From: an uncultured Verrucomicrobiae bacterium | Lineage (GTDB): Bacteria; Verrucomicrobiota; Verrucomicrobiia; Chthoniobacterales; UBA10450 | DNA: 64,000 bases | Assembly: GCA_963726745.1 (NCBI GenBank) | Contig: CAVSDR010000006.1 | Location: forward strand, 32,001-96,000 | Reading direction: 5' to 3' | In this document: positions 52,133 through 62,625 of the stretch, in pieces | Numbering within the stretch: position 1 is the stretch's first letter | How the letters are laid out: the number at the start of each line of letters is the position of its first letter | Made by a program: the position numbers and the translations under genes | The notes under the pieces: generated by a model | Seen by the model: only the letters and a program-made list of their open reading frames with translations | Told to the model about the DNA's origin: nothing | The model's database searches: none

Positions 52133-53128
52133 TCATCCGCCGTCGTTCGCCAGCTCGCCGACGGTTTCCTCAAGCGCCGAGACCAGGTGTGTCATCGCGT
52201 CGTAATCCAGCTTGTCGGGTGTGTCGCTCGCCTGGTGATAATGCGGATAACGAAACGGCGCCGTGTCGGTGATCATAAGCGCGCGATAGCCCGCCTGCCA
52301 GAAAGCCCAGTGATCCGACCAGCCCACTCCCGGCACGCTCGCCGGCAGCGCCGCGCCTTCCGAGGGCAAATGCGCGTGCTGCCGGAAGTTTTTCAGCACT
52401 GGCTGCAACCAACGAGCCGAGGAAAGATTGCTCACGAAGGCGATGAAGTTGCCGGCTGTCGGGTAAATCAAGCCCAGCCCGGCCACCGGAAATTTCTGCG
52501 AATGCGGCGCGCTCGAATAGTAACCGATCGTCTCCAGGCTGATCATCCCAGCGATGCGATCGCCGCGCGCGCGGCAGCGTTGCGCGTAGACCAGGCTGCC
52601 CATGATCTCGGTCTGGAAGCTGGCCGGCTCCTCGTTGGTGAACGCAACAAAGCGCAGCGTGCGACCGGCCGGTTTCTCGGCGAAGTGACGCGCGAGCGCG
52701 AGCAACGCGGCCACGCCGCTGGCATTATCATTCGCCCCGGGCGAGCCCGGCACGGAGTCGTAATGCGCCCCAAGGACGATGATCTCCGAGGTCGCGCCCG
52801 GCACTTCGGCCACGAGATTATCGCAACGCCGGCCGCCAGCCTGGTAGCTGTCGCGCGTCGTCCGCAGGCCCACGTGCGCGAAGGAATTTTCGATGAAATC
52901 CGCCGCCGCCGCGAGTTGCTCGGGATGCTGGAGATTGCGCTCGCCGATCACGCCCGCGAGCTGCTCGACATCGCGCCGCAACTCCTCGCGCAGGGCCAAT
53001 TCTTCCTGGGTGAAGGGAGGCGGATCGCCCGCAAAGCTCCGGCCGAGCGGGCGCAGACCACCCCAGGCAAACCAGACGCCGGCGAGCAGCAAGACGACCG
53101 CGCCCAGGAACCAAAGCGAACGAACCAC
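52133..53128 (-). CDS. M28 family peptidase with N-terminal membrane anchor
   Basis: GAHYDS..GSPGANDNASG, TNEE, WSDH, TDTAPFRYPHYH..DT. Confidence 0.85.
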   Translation of the reverse strand: MVRSLWFLGAVVLLLAGVWFAWGGLRPLGRSFAGDPPPFTQEELALREELRRDVEQLAGVIGERNLQHPEQLAAAADFIENSFAHVGLRTTRDSYQAGGRRCDNLVAEVPGATSEIIVLGAHYDSVPGSPGANDNASGVAALLALARHFAEKPAGRTLRFVAFTNEEPASFQTEIMGSLVYAQRCRARGDRIAGMISLETIGYYSSAPHSQKFPVAGLGLIYPTAGNFIAFVSNLSSARWLQPVLKNFRQHAHLPSEGAALPASVPGVGWSDHWAFWQAGYRALMITDTAPFRYPHYHQASDTPDKLDYDAMTHLVSALEETVGELANDGG

Positions 53129-53173
53129 CGCGCAGGCTAACCCAGCCGCCCGCGCTGTGCTACCGTGCGCGCA

Positions 53174-54019
53174 ATGTCCGAGACGTTGTCCAAGGCGGAG
53201 CGCCGCCGCGCCGAGAAAGAAGCGGCGCGCCGATCCGCCTTTGACCGCGGCGAAACCTCGATGGCGCGCCTGCCGGAAGAAGGCTTGAGCACCGGGAAAA
53301 TCCTGCACGCGGTGCTGGCTAAAATTCGCGAGCTCGCGCCCGAACTGCGCGGGCATTACCTCGACGTCGGTGCCGGCAATGGCGAATTGCTCGACCGCGT
53401 GATGCGCGAGTGGCCGGTGCAGGTGCGGGCCTGCGATTACCGCGCCGACTTGCTGACTTTGCGCGACGTCCCGGTGGATGTGGCGAACTTAAACAGCGAT
53501 TCGCTCCCCTACCCCGACGCTTCCTTCGACCTCGTGACCTGCACGGAAGTAATCGAGCATCTGGAAGATTTTCGCGCCGCGTTGCGCGAGATGAGCCGCA
53601 TCCTCAAGCCGGGCGGTGTTCTCATCGTGAGCACTCCAAATGTGCTCAATCTCCGCTCGCGTCTGCGTTACCTCTTCTTCGGTTTCTTCAATATGTTTGG
53701 TCCGTTGCAGCTGGGCGACGACCGGCATCACTCGACCCACGGCCACATCAATCCGGTCGGCTATTTCTATCTCGCGCACGCCCTGGTCAATGCCGGCCTG
53801 GGCGAGCTGAGTGTCTCGGTCGACAAACGTCAGCGTGGCTCCTGGTTTCCCCTGCTCCTGCTGTGGCTGCCGCTGCGGGTTTATGAAGTCTTCGCCTTGC
53901 GCAAAGAGCGCGAAAAGTATCACACCCTGGACGCGGCGAACGAACCCTTCGTGCGTGCGATGAATCGCCTCGACCTCTTGTTAGGCCGGACAGTCATCGT
54001 GGGCGCACGCAAGCCGTAG
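53174..54019 (+). CDS. Class I SAM-dependent methyltransferase
   Basis: LDVGAGNG, LPYPDASFDLV...EVIEH, LKPGG..IVSTPN. Confidence 0.85.
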   Translation: MSETLSKAERRRAEKEAARRSAFDRGETSMARLPEEGLSTGKILHAVLAKIRELAPELRGHYLDVGAGNGELLDRVMREWPVQVRACDYRADLLTLRDVPVDVANLNSDSLPYPDASFDLVTCTEVIEHLEDFRAALREMSRILKPGGVLIVSTPNVLNLRSRLRYLFFGFFNMFGPLQLGDDRHHSTHGHINPVGYFYLAHALVNAGLGELSVSVDKRQRGSWFPLLLLWLPLRVYEVFALRKEREKYHTLDAANEPFVRAMNRLDLLLGRTVIVGARKP

Positions 54020-54060
54020 TTCGCCCGCGACAACCCGTGGGGAGCGGTGCTAATTAGCGG

Positions 54061-56821
54061 ATGCTTCGCCGTTTCGCTTTCCTCTTCCTCGCTCCGTTAG
54101 TCTTGCACGCGCAGGAAACCCCGGCCCCGCCATCGCCGCCGCCGATCCAGCCAGAAACGCGTGCCCCGCAGCCCGCGCCTCCGGTATTCACCGAGGTGCA
54201 ATTCAAGAGTCTTAAGGCGCGCAGCATTGGTCCGGCGGTCATGGGGGGACGCGTCTCCGAGATTGCGATCGACCCGCGCAACCCGGCAATTTTCTTTGTT
54301 GGCTTCGCCACTGGCGGCATCTTCAAAACCGGCGACAACGGCGCGACCTTCGACCCGATTTTTGATAAAGAGACGACACTTTCAATCGGCGCGCTCGGCC
54401 TTTCCCCTTCCGATTCCGACATCCTTTACGCCGGCACCGGCGAGGCGAACGACCGCAATTCCTCCGGTTGGGGCAACGGCGTCTACCGCTCCGGCGACGG
54501 CGGCGGCACCTGGCAGAATGTCGGCTTAAAAGAGAGCCGCGCGATCGGCCGGCATCGTGGTGCATCCGAAGGATCCGAACACGGTTTATGTGGCCGCAGC
54601 CGGCAATCTCTGGGTCGATGGCGGGGAGCGCGGGCTCTTTAAAACCACCGACGGCGGCAAAACCTGGAAGCCGATCCTGCAAGCAGCCGGGTCGGCCGCC
54701 GCGCGCACCGGTGCGGGCGACGTGGTGCTCGATCCGGCGAATCCCGAGATCGTTTACGCCACGCTTTACGCGCGCCAGCGCACACCATGGAACTTCACCT
54801 ATGGCACCGCGCTCACCGAGGGCCAGGACGCAGGCGGCATCTTCAAGAGCACCAACGGTGGCGCCGCCTGGAAGAAGCTCGCCAACGGCCTTCCGACGCA
54901 GACCGGCCGCATCGGCTTGTCCGTTTCCGCGAGCAACCCGCGGGTGGTCATGGCGGTAGTCCAGAGCGACGAAGGCGGCGCGAATGATTTCCGCAACATC
55001 CAGAGCAAAGCCGGCGGCGTTTTCCGTTCCGAAGATGGCGGCGAGAAATGGACCCGCGTGAGCGACATCAATCCGCGCCCATTTTATTTCAGCCAAATCC
55101 GGATCGATCCTGCGAACGACCAGCGTGTTTACCTGCTGGGCTATGCGCTCCTGGTTTCGGATGACGGCGGGAAAAACTTCCGGGAAGACTTAAGCGACAA
55201 GATTCACCCGGATTGCCATGCGCTCGCGATCCAGGCAGGCAGCGCGCCCGCACCCAAGCCGGTGAAGCCGGAGGACAAGGACAAGCCGGTGAAGCCGATC
55301 AACTCCACCCGGCTCTTGTTAGGCACCGATGGCGGCGTCTACCAAAGCTACGCCGCGGGCAAAGGCTGGGAGCACTTGGCAAACATCCCGGCGGGCCAGT
55401 TTTACCGGATATCCCTCGACGATTCGCAGCCGTTTTACCGGGTGGCCGGCGGCTTGCAGGATAACTGCAACTGGGTTGGCCCGACCGGCGTTCAAAGCAA
55501 GGACGGCATCGTGAACAATGATTGGACCAACCTCGGCGGCGGCGATGGCTTCTACGTCCTCTTCGACCAGCAAGACAAGGATACCTTCTACGCTGAGAGC
55601 CAACAGGGTGCGGTCCACCGAATGAATACGCGCACCGGCGAGGTGCGCGAGCTCCGCCCGGCGCCGCAGGAGGGCCAGCCGGAATTCCGCTTCCATTGGA
55701 ATTCGCCCCTGGTCCCGAGCAAACACAAACCAGGCGTGATCTACCTCGGCGGCAATCAGGTTTTCCGCCTGACCAACCGCGCGGAAAACTACGACGTGAT
55801 CAGTCCGGACCTGACCCGGAACGAACCTGGAAAGACGAACGCCACCGGCAGTGGCGCGGAGAACTACGGCGTGGTCTACTCGTTAGCCGAGTCGCCGGTG
55901 AAAGCCGGCCTGCTCTGGGCGGGCACGGACGACGGGCGTCTGTGGGTGACCGAGGATGACGGGGGCAAATGGACTGAGCTGACCCAAAACCTGCCGGAAA
56001 CCGTGCGTGGCCAGTGGGTCGTGCGCATCGAGCCGGGGCACCAGGACCCGAAGGTGGCCTACGTGGCGCTTAATGCCTACCGGAGCGGCGACGACCATCC
56101 AATGCTTGTGCGCACCAGCGACGGCGGCGCCACCTGGCAAAGCGTCGTCGGCGATGGCTTGCCGGCTTATGCGCCGGTGGAGGTGATTCGCGAGGACCCG
56201 GTCAATCCGCGCCTGCTTTACACCGGGACACACTTCGGCCTTTTCATGTCGCTCGATGGCGGCGGCAAGTGGATGCGCTTCGGCGATCTGCCCGCGGTTC
56301 GCGTGGACGATCTCCAGATTCATCCGCGCACGAGCGACCTCGTGATTGCGACGCATGGCCGCAGCCTGCACGTGATCGACGACACCCGACCGCTTCGCGA
56401 CCTGACACCGGAAATCGCAGCGCAGCCCGCCTACCTTTTCCCGGTGGCTCCGGTGCGGGGCGACTACCAGCTCCCGGGTTGGGTCGAATGGGCTGGCAAA
56501 AGCGAATTCCGCGGGAAGAATCCGCCGGACGGCGCGGTCTTCAACATCTGGGTCAAGGAATTCACCGGCGACGAGTTGAAGATCTCGATCAGCAACGCTG
56601 CCGGGACTCCCGTGGCTACTTTGAAAGCCACCCCTGCGCAGGGCCTGACTCGTCTTACCTGGGACCTTTTACCGACGAAGGATGTGCTCACGCAATACGG
56701 CGGCATCGACGCCAAGCGGCTGGTGCCCGGTGGCGATTACACCGCTGAGTTAAGCTTCGGCCAAACCAAGCAGAAGCAGACCTTCAAAGTGAATATTGCT
56801 GAGGGGATTAAGACTCGTTAG
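54061..56821 (+). CDS. Secreted VPS10/sortilin-like BNR-repeat beta-propeller protein; apparent frameshift near 54550
   Basis: Signal peptide; RSIGPA..GGR, repeated S.DGG..W Asp-boxes, GGLQDN, GGGDGF, ATHGRS. Confidence 0.85.
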
Positions 56822-56830
56822 CCTGCGCGC

Positions 56831-57514
56831 ATGTCTCGCCGCTCCCTGCGTTTTGGCTGCGCCATCCTCGCCGGCAGCCTGCTCGCGGCCGGCGCGGCGC
56901 GCGCCACCACCAAAGGCCTAAGCCAGATCGTGACCCCGGACCTGCAGTCGCCGGGCGACTTTTCGCTCAGCGCTCAGGTGCAAAGCGCGCGCATCGCCAA
57001 TCCCTATCAACTGCAGGCCGAACTCGGCCTGGTCGACTGGGCGGAGGTCGCGGTCTTCCAGGGCTTCAAGCCGAACGAGCTTATCTTCGGCGCGGAGTTC
57101 GGGATCCTGCGGAAGGAACCGGTGCTCCTGGCCGCGGGCTTCATCAACTGGTCGCCGCAGCGCGGCGTCGATCCGCAGCCGTTTCTCGAAGCCGGCTATT
57201 ATACCGAGCATCATAAATTCATCCTCGGCGCGATCCACGCTGATGATCGCAACCAGGCGATCCTCGGCTATGCCTGGGACTACAACAAAACCTGGCGCGC
57301 CCAGATCGATTTCCAGAGCGGCTCCGGCAACTCCGTCACTGTCGGTTTTACCTGCAATGTCACCCGCGACCTGCAGATCAATCCGGCGCTCTACCTAACG
57401 AACGATTCGCCGCACCGCGTCCTCGGTTACTTTGTCGCCACCTACACTTTCCACGCCTGGAATCCGCATCGCGGCCAGCCGGAGAGCGGCGGCGCGCAAC
57501 GCCCCTCGCCTTAG
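56831..57514 (+). CDS. Hypothetical exported protein, possibly an outer-membrane beta-barrel
   Basis: Signal peptide ending ARA; alternating aromatic/hydrophobic beta-strand pattern. Confidence 0.6.
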   Translation: MSRRSLRFGCAILAGSLLAAGAARATTKGLSQIVTPDLQSPGDFSLSAQVQSARIANPYQLQAELGLVDWAEVAVFQGFKPNELIFGAEFGILRKEPVLLAAGFINWSPQRGVDPQPFLEAGYYTEHHKFILGAIHADDRNQAILGYAWDYNKTWRAQIDFQSGSGNSVTVGFTCNVTRDLQINPALYLTNDSPHRVLGYFVATYTFHAWNPHRGQPESGGAQRPSP

Positions 57515-57544
57515 ACAGCTGTGGCGGCGCGCGGAAGTTGCCGG

Positions 57545-58915
57545 CTAATCCTGCCGCACCGCTTCCACGAAGGCGACATTGCCTTCCTCCAGGTCGAGCG
57601 CCGCTTCCTCCGGTGTGCCGAAAAGCCGGGCGCGTTTGTCGTCGAACTCGCCTTCCCAGCGCGCGATCACGACCGTGGCCAGGCAGTTGCCCATCAGGTT
57701 GACCGCGCTGCGGCCCATATCCATCAGCTCATCGATCCCGAAGATCACCGCCACGCCGATCGGCCCGAGGCCATTTGGCAGGAAGCTGTTTAAAGTTGCC
57801 AGCAAGACGACCGCGGAAGCTCGCGGGACGGCGGCCACGCCTTTGGAAGTGACCATGAGCGCCAGCATCATCGTGATCTGATGCCAGATGTTCATGTGGA
57901 AACCCATGGTCGTCTCCGCGGCCTGCGCGACGAAGACCGACGCGGTCGCGAGATGGAGCGTGGAGCCGTCGAGATTGAATGAGTAACCAGTCGGCATGAC
58001 GAAGGCCACGATCCGCTTCGGCACGCCGATGCGTTCCATCGCCTGCATCGCCTTCGGCAACGCGGACTCGCTGCTGGTGGTGGCAAAGGCAATCGTCGCC
58101 GGCTCGCGGATGGCGTGGAGAAATTGCCGGATCGGCACGCGCGCGATCAGCATGACCGCGCCAAAGATGAAGACCACGAAGATGGCCAGGCCCAGATAGA
58201 GCGTCAGGATCAGGTTCCCTAAATTAACCAGCACGCTCAGTCCCTGCGTGCCGATGGTATGAGCCATCGCCGCGCCCACGCCGATGGGGGCAAACATCAT
58301 CACGTAATTGGTGAACTTGAACATCACCTGCGAGAGACTTTCCATCGCGCGCAGGATTGGTTTGCCCTTCTCGCCTACGGAGGAAACGGCCATGCCGAAG
58401 AGCACCGCATAGGCGACAATCTGCAGCACTTCGCCGCGCGCCATCGCCTCCACGATGCTCGCCGGGAAAGTGTAGACTAAAGTTTCGACCAGCGTCTTCG
58501 GATGCGCCGAGCCGAGCTTTTGCACGATCTCCGCGCCGCCGGTCGAAAGAATCACGCCGATGCCCGGCTTGGTGATGTTGACCACGAGCAACCCGATCGC
58601 GAGCGCGGCCGTGGTCACGATCTCAAAGTAGATCAGCGCCTTCATCCCCATGCGCCCGACTTTTTTCAAGTCGCCACTCCCCGCGATGCCGACGACCAGG
58701 GTGGAGAAAACCAGCGGCCCGATGATCGACTTGATCAGGTTCAGGAAAATATCGCGGAGGAAATAGACCTTGTTCCCCCACTCCGGCTGGATCCAGCCGA
58801 TGAATCCGCCGATGACCAGACCGAGCATGATCTGCGTGGTCAACGAAGGCCGATACCACGGCCGCTTGCCCGCCGGCGAAGGCGAAGCGTCGATCGGGGA
58901 AGCGGTCAAGTTCAT
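57545..58915 (-). CDS. Dicarboxylate/amino acid:cation symporter (GltP/DctA family)
   Basis: FATTSSESALP, GYSFNLDGS, TSKGVAAVP, DMGRSAVN..GN. Confidence 0.93.
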   Translation of the reverse strand: MNLTASPIDASPSPAGKRPWYRPSLTTQIMLGLVIGGFIGWIQPEWGNKVYFLRDIFLNLIKSIIGPLVFSTLVVGIAGSGDLKKVGRMGMKALIYFEIVTTAALAIGLLVVNITKPGIGVILSTGGAEIVQKLGSAHPKTLVETLVYTFPASIVEAMARGEVLQIVAYAVLFGMAVSSVGEKGKPILRAMESLSQVMFKFTNYVMMFAPIGVGAAMAHTIGTQGLSVLVNLGNLILTLYLGLAIFVVFIFGAVMLIARVPIRQFLHAIREPATIAFATTSSESALPKAMQAMERIGVPKRIVAFVMPTGYSFNLDGSTLHLATASVFVAQAAETTMGFHMNIWHQITMMLALMVTSKGVAAVPRASAVVLLATLNSFLPNGLGPIGVAVIFGIDELMDMGRSAVNLMGNCLATVVIARWEGEFDDKRARLFGTPEEAALDLEEGNVAFVEAVRQD

Positions 58916-59076
58916 GCGAAGGGGCAGCGGCTTTCGACTCTTGGCGCAGGCGTCGAAAAAGGAAACAGGAAAAGTGCGCGCGGCCGTTTAATGACTTTGG
59001 CTTCCTCTTCTTTCTGCCCGACGCCGGCGCTTTCTCTGGAGGCGCGACTCATGGGAATGCGTATGGTGAGCGCCCC

Positions 59077-60113
59077 ATGCTTGTTGTCATGAATGCGGGC
59101 GCGACGGCGCCGGAGATCGATCACGTCATCGAAGTCGTGCAGGCGCTGGGCTTCCGCGCGCACGCCATGCCCGGGGCCACCCGCACCGCCATCGGCATCA
59201 CCGGCAACGACGGCTCAATCGATGGCCGCCGCTTCGAGAATCTTCCCGGGGTGGCGGAAGTGATCCGCGTGACCAAGCCCTACAAGCTGATCACGCTCGA
59301 TCTGCAGCCCGACCGCACAATCGTGCGCGTGGGCGACGCGACCATCGGCGGCGACGAGCTCGCGATCATCGCCGGTCCGTGCGCGATCGAAAATCGCGAG
59401 CAGGCCCTGGCCGCGGCCCGCGCGGTCAAGGAGAGCGGTGCGCGTTTTTTTCGCGGCGGGATCTACAAGCCGCGCTCGTCGCCTTACAGCTTTCAAGGGC
59501 TTGGGCGACAAGGGCTGGGAAATCATGGATGAAATCCGCGAAACTCTCGGCCTCAAGATTGTCACCGAGGCTTTGGACGACGCCAGCGTGGACTTGGTCG
59601 AGCAGCATGGCGACGTCATCCAGATCGGCGCGCGCAACATGCAAAACTCCTCGCTCCTGAAGCGGGTGGGTAAATCGAAGTTACCCGTCCTTTTGAAACG
59701 CGGGATGGCCGCGACCCTCGAGGAATGGCTCCTCGCGGCGGAATACATCATGGCCGAGGGAAACTACAACGTCATCCTCTGCGAGCGCGGCGTGCGCACC
59801 TTTGCGCAGCACACGCGGAACACGCTCGACCTCGCAGCGGTTCCGGCGATCCGCCGCATCTCGCACCTGCCGGTGATCGTCGATCCGTCGCACGGCAGCG
59901 GAAATACCTACATGGTGACGCCGCTGGCGCGCGCGGGCGTGGCCGTGGGCGCGGATGGCCTGATGGTCGAGGTGCACGACGCGCCGGAAGTGGCGCTCTC
60001 CGATGGCGCGCAGGCGTTGACCCCGGGACAATACCGCGAGCTAATCGAGGAAGTGCGCGCGCTCGATGCGGTGCATGCGGAAGACGAAGCCCCGTGCTCC
60101 TGCTGCTGGATAA
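59077..60113 (+). CDS. aroF: DAHP synthase (type I-beta with N-terminal regulatory domain); apparent frameshifts near 59505 and near the 3' end (as assembled the frame runs to 60220)
   Basis: [47 protein letters not shown]. Confidence 0.9.
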
Positions 60114-60660
60114 CTACGACTCGTTTACCTACAACCTCGCGCAATACTTTGGCGAGCTGGGGTGCGAACTGCTCGTTAGGCGAAATGATGCCATCACGCT
60201 CGACGAGATCGAGTCGTTAGGCCCGCGGCACATCTGCATTTCGCCCGGCCCGGGCACGCCGGCGGCGGCGGGCGTGAGCCAGGGGGTGATCGAGCGCTTC
60301 GGCCGGCGCACCCCGGTGCTGGGGGTTTGCCTGGGACATCAATGCATCGGCGAAGTCTTTGGCGGCAAGGTGGTGCGCGCGCCGGAGTTGGTGCATGGCA
60401 AGTCGTCCATCGTGCGCCACCGAGGCGATGCGCTTTTCGCCGGGGTGCCCTCGCCTTTCCGCGCCGGGCGTTACCATTCGCTCATCGTGGAGCGGGAAAG
60501 CTTCCCGTCGTGCCTCGAAGAAACGGCCACGAGCGAAACAGACGGCGAGATCATGGCCTTGCGGCACCGGGAGCACCCGATCTTCGGCGTGCAATTTCAT
60601 CCGGAATCGATCCTGACCGCGGACGGCAAAACCATCCTGCGGAACTTCCTCGCGGTTTAG
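60094..60660 (+). CDS. trpG: Anthranilate/aminodeoxychorismate synthase component II
   Basis: [33 protein letters not shown]. Confidence 0.93.
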   Translation: MLLLLDNYDSFTYNLAQYFGELGCELLVRRNDAITLDEIESLGPRHICISPGPGTPAAAGVSQGVIERFGRRTPVLGVCLGHQCIGEVFGGKVVRAPELVHGKSSIVRHRGDALFAGVPSPFRAGRYHSLIVERESFPSCLEETATSETDGEIMALRHREHPIFGVQFHPESILTADGKTILRNFLAV

Positions 60661-60668
60661 CCAGCAAG

Positions 60669-62135
60669 ATGACGCTCCAGCCTTCGCTCGAAGAATTCCG
60701 CCGCCTCGCGCACGATGGGAATGTCATCCCGGTCTACGCCGAGTTCGTGGCCGATCACGAGACCCCGGTCTCGGCCTTCGCCAAACTGGACGACGGCGGG
60801 CATAGCTTCCTCTTCGAATCGACCGAAAAGAATGATGTCTCCGGGCGCTTCTCCTTTGTCGGCACCGCGCCGCGCACGGTCATCCGGGCGCGCGGGCGCG
60901 AGGTCACGCTGGACGGCGAGACTTACACCGCCGCCGGCGACCCGCTCGACGAAGTGCGGCGGCTGATGGCGCGCTACCGGCCGGTGGCGCTCCCGGCGGT
61001 GCGCTTCACCGGCGGCGCGGTCGGCTTTCTCGGTTACGAGGCGATCCACCATTTCGAGCCAACGGTGCCGCTGGCGGAGCGCGACGAGCTCGGCCTGCCG
61101 GAGATGCTCTTCATGATCACGAGCAATCTCCTGGTCTTCGATCACCGCCTGCGCTCGCTCAAGATCGTGGTGAACGCGTTCCTCGAGGATGGGGCCGCCG
61201 AGGAAGTTTACGCCGCGGCAGCGGCGACAATCGCGGAAATAGCCGGCAAGTTGTCCCAGCCTTCGCAGTTGCCGCTCCTGGCGCCGGCGGAGGGCGCGCC
61301 GCCGGAAACGCGGAGCAATTTTAGCCAGCAAGCTTTCGAAGCCGCGGTGGCGCGCGCGCAGGAATCCATCCGCGCGGGCGATGTCTTCCAGGTCGTCTTG
61401 TCGCAGCGTTTCGAGGCGGATTACCGCGGGACGGCGCTCGAGCTTTACCGCTGCCTCCGGTTTGTGAATCCGTCGCCCTACATGTTTTGCCTGCGCTTTG
61501 GCGGCGAGTTTTCGCTCGTCGGCAGCTCGCCGGAGTTGCACGTGCGCCTAACGAATGGTCTCGCGGAGATCCGCCCGATCGCCGGCACGCGCCCGCGCGG
61601 CGCCAGCCCCGCGGAAGACGAGGCCAATGCGGCTGAGCTTCTGGCGGACCCGAAGGAATGTGCCGAGCACACAATGCTGGTGGACCTGGCCCGGAACGAC
61701 ATCGGCCGCGTGGCGGAGTTCGGCAGCGTGCAGGTGAACGAGCTGATGAACATCGAGCGCTACAGCCACGTGATGCACCTCGTCTCCAATGTCACCGGAC
61801 GGCTGCGCGCGGGTTTGGATGGCTTCGATTTGGTGCGCGCGACCTTTCCGGCGGGCACGGTCTCGGGCGCGCCAAAAGTGCGGGCGATGCAGCTAATCGC
61901 CGAGCTCGAGGGGACGCGACGCGGATGCTACGCGGGGGCGATCGGCTACTTCGGCTTCGATGGAAAGGTCGACTCCTGCATCGCCTTGCGCTCGGCGTTG
62001 TTGAAAGACGGGAAGGCCTACTTCCAAGCCGGCGCCGGCATCGTGGCCGATTCCGTGCCGGCCGTGGAATTCCAGGAAACCGTGAGCAAAGCGGGCGCAG
62101 TCCGGCGCGCGCTCGCGATGGCGGCGCGCACCTAG
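60669..62135 (+). CDS. trpE: Anthranilate synthase component I
   Basis: FLFES, GDVFQVVLSQ, NPSPYM, GSSPE, PIAGTR, EHTMLVDLARND, GTVSGAPK, QAGAGIVADS. Confidence 0.93.
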   Translation: MTLQPSLEEFRRLAHDGNVIPVYAEFVADHETPVSAFAKLDDGGHSFLFESTEKNDVSGRFSFVGTAPRTVIRARGREVTLDGETYTAAGDPLDEVRRLMARYRPVALPAVRFTGGAVGFLGYEAIHHFEPTVPLAERDELGLPEMLFMITSNLLVFDHRLRSLKIVVNAFLEDGAAEEVYAAAAATIAEIAGKLSQPSQLPLLAPAEGAPPETRSNFSQQAFEAAVARAQESIRAGDVFQVVLSQRFEADYRGTALELYRCLRFVNPSPYMFCLRFGGEFSLVGSSPELHVRLTNGLAEIRPIAGTRPRGASPAEDEANAAELLADPKECAEHTMLVDLARNDIGRVAEFGSVQVNELMNIERYSHVMHLVSNVTGRLRAGLDGFDLVRATFPAGTVSGAPKVRAMQLIAELEGTRRGCYAGAIGYFGFDGKVDSCIALRSALLKDGKAYFQAGAGIVADSVPAVEFQETVSKAGAVRRALAMAART

Positions 62136-62207
62136 CCCAGAACGCGCAGGCCGGTGCGCCGGCGAATCTCGGGCAACTGCCGGCAGGCGCGGATGCGATT
62201 CCGGGTC

Positions 62208-62543
62208 ATGAAGACTTACCCTGCAAATTCAATCGGTGGGATGATGCTTTTCCGTGCTCCGGAGCATGGCGGCGAGGCCGTCACAGGCGGTGGACACCCG
62301 GCGGATTCCAGCGTGCCGGCGCAGGAGCAGATCAACGACGCCTTCGGCGAGAACCAGCGCGGCCACGGGAATACCCCCGGCGTGGGCGTGCCCGGGAGCC
62401 ACTCGAACCCGGTGCCCTCGATGGAACAAATCTCGGAGCGCGCGAAGCAGATCTGGGAAGACGAAGGCCGGCCGGAAGGCAAGGCGGACGAACACTGGCT
62501 GCGAGCGGAGGAACAACTGCGCCGTCCGCCCGAGCGCCAATAA
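62208..62543 (+). CDS. DUF2934 domain protein
   Basis: C-terminal ISERAKQIWEDEGRPEGKADEHWLRAE. Confidence 0.8.
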   Translation: MKTYPANSIGGMMLFRAPEHGGEAVTGGGHPADSSVPAQEQINDAFGENQRGHGNTPGVGVPGSHSNPVPSMEQISERAKQIWEDEGRPEGKADEHWLRAEEQLRRPPERQ

Positions 62544-62625
62544 GAGGCGGAAGCGGCGCGGAAGGTAACGAGCGCGTTACCTCTGCGGGGTTGATGTTCC
62601 GCAGGCAAGGTAATTAGATCGCCCA

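Noticed and set aside
53174..54019. Methyltransferase as the N-methyl-bacillithiol enzyme
   Set aside because: It lies about 12 kb from the bsh genes and shows only generic class I motifs.
58916..59076. Attenuator or leader peptide before aroF-trpG-trpE
   Set aside because: No Trp/Phe/Tyr-rich leader ORF with a terminator hairpin was evident.
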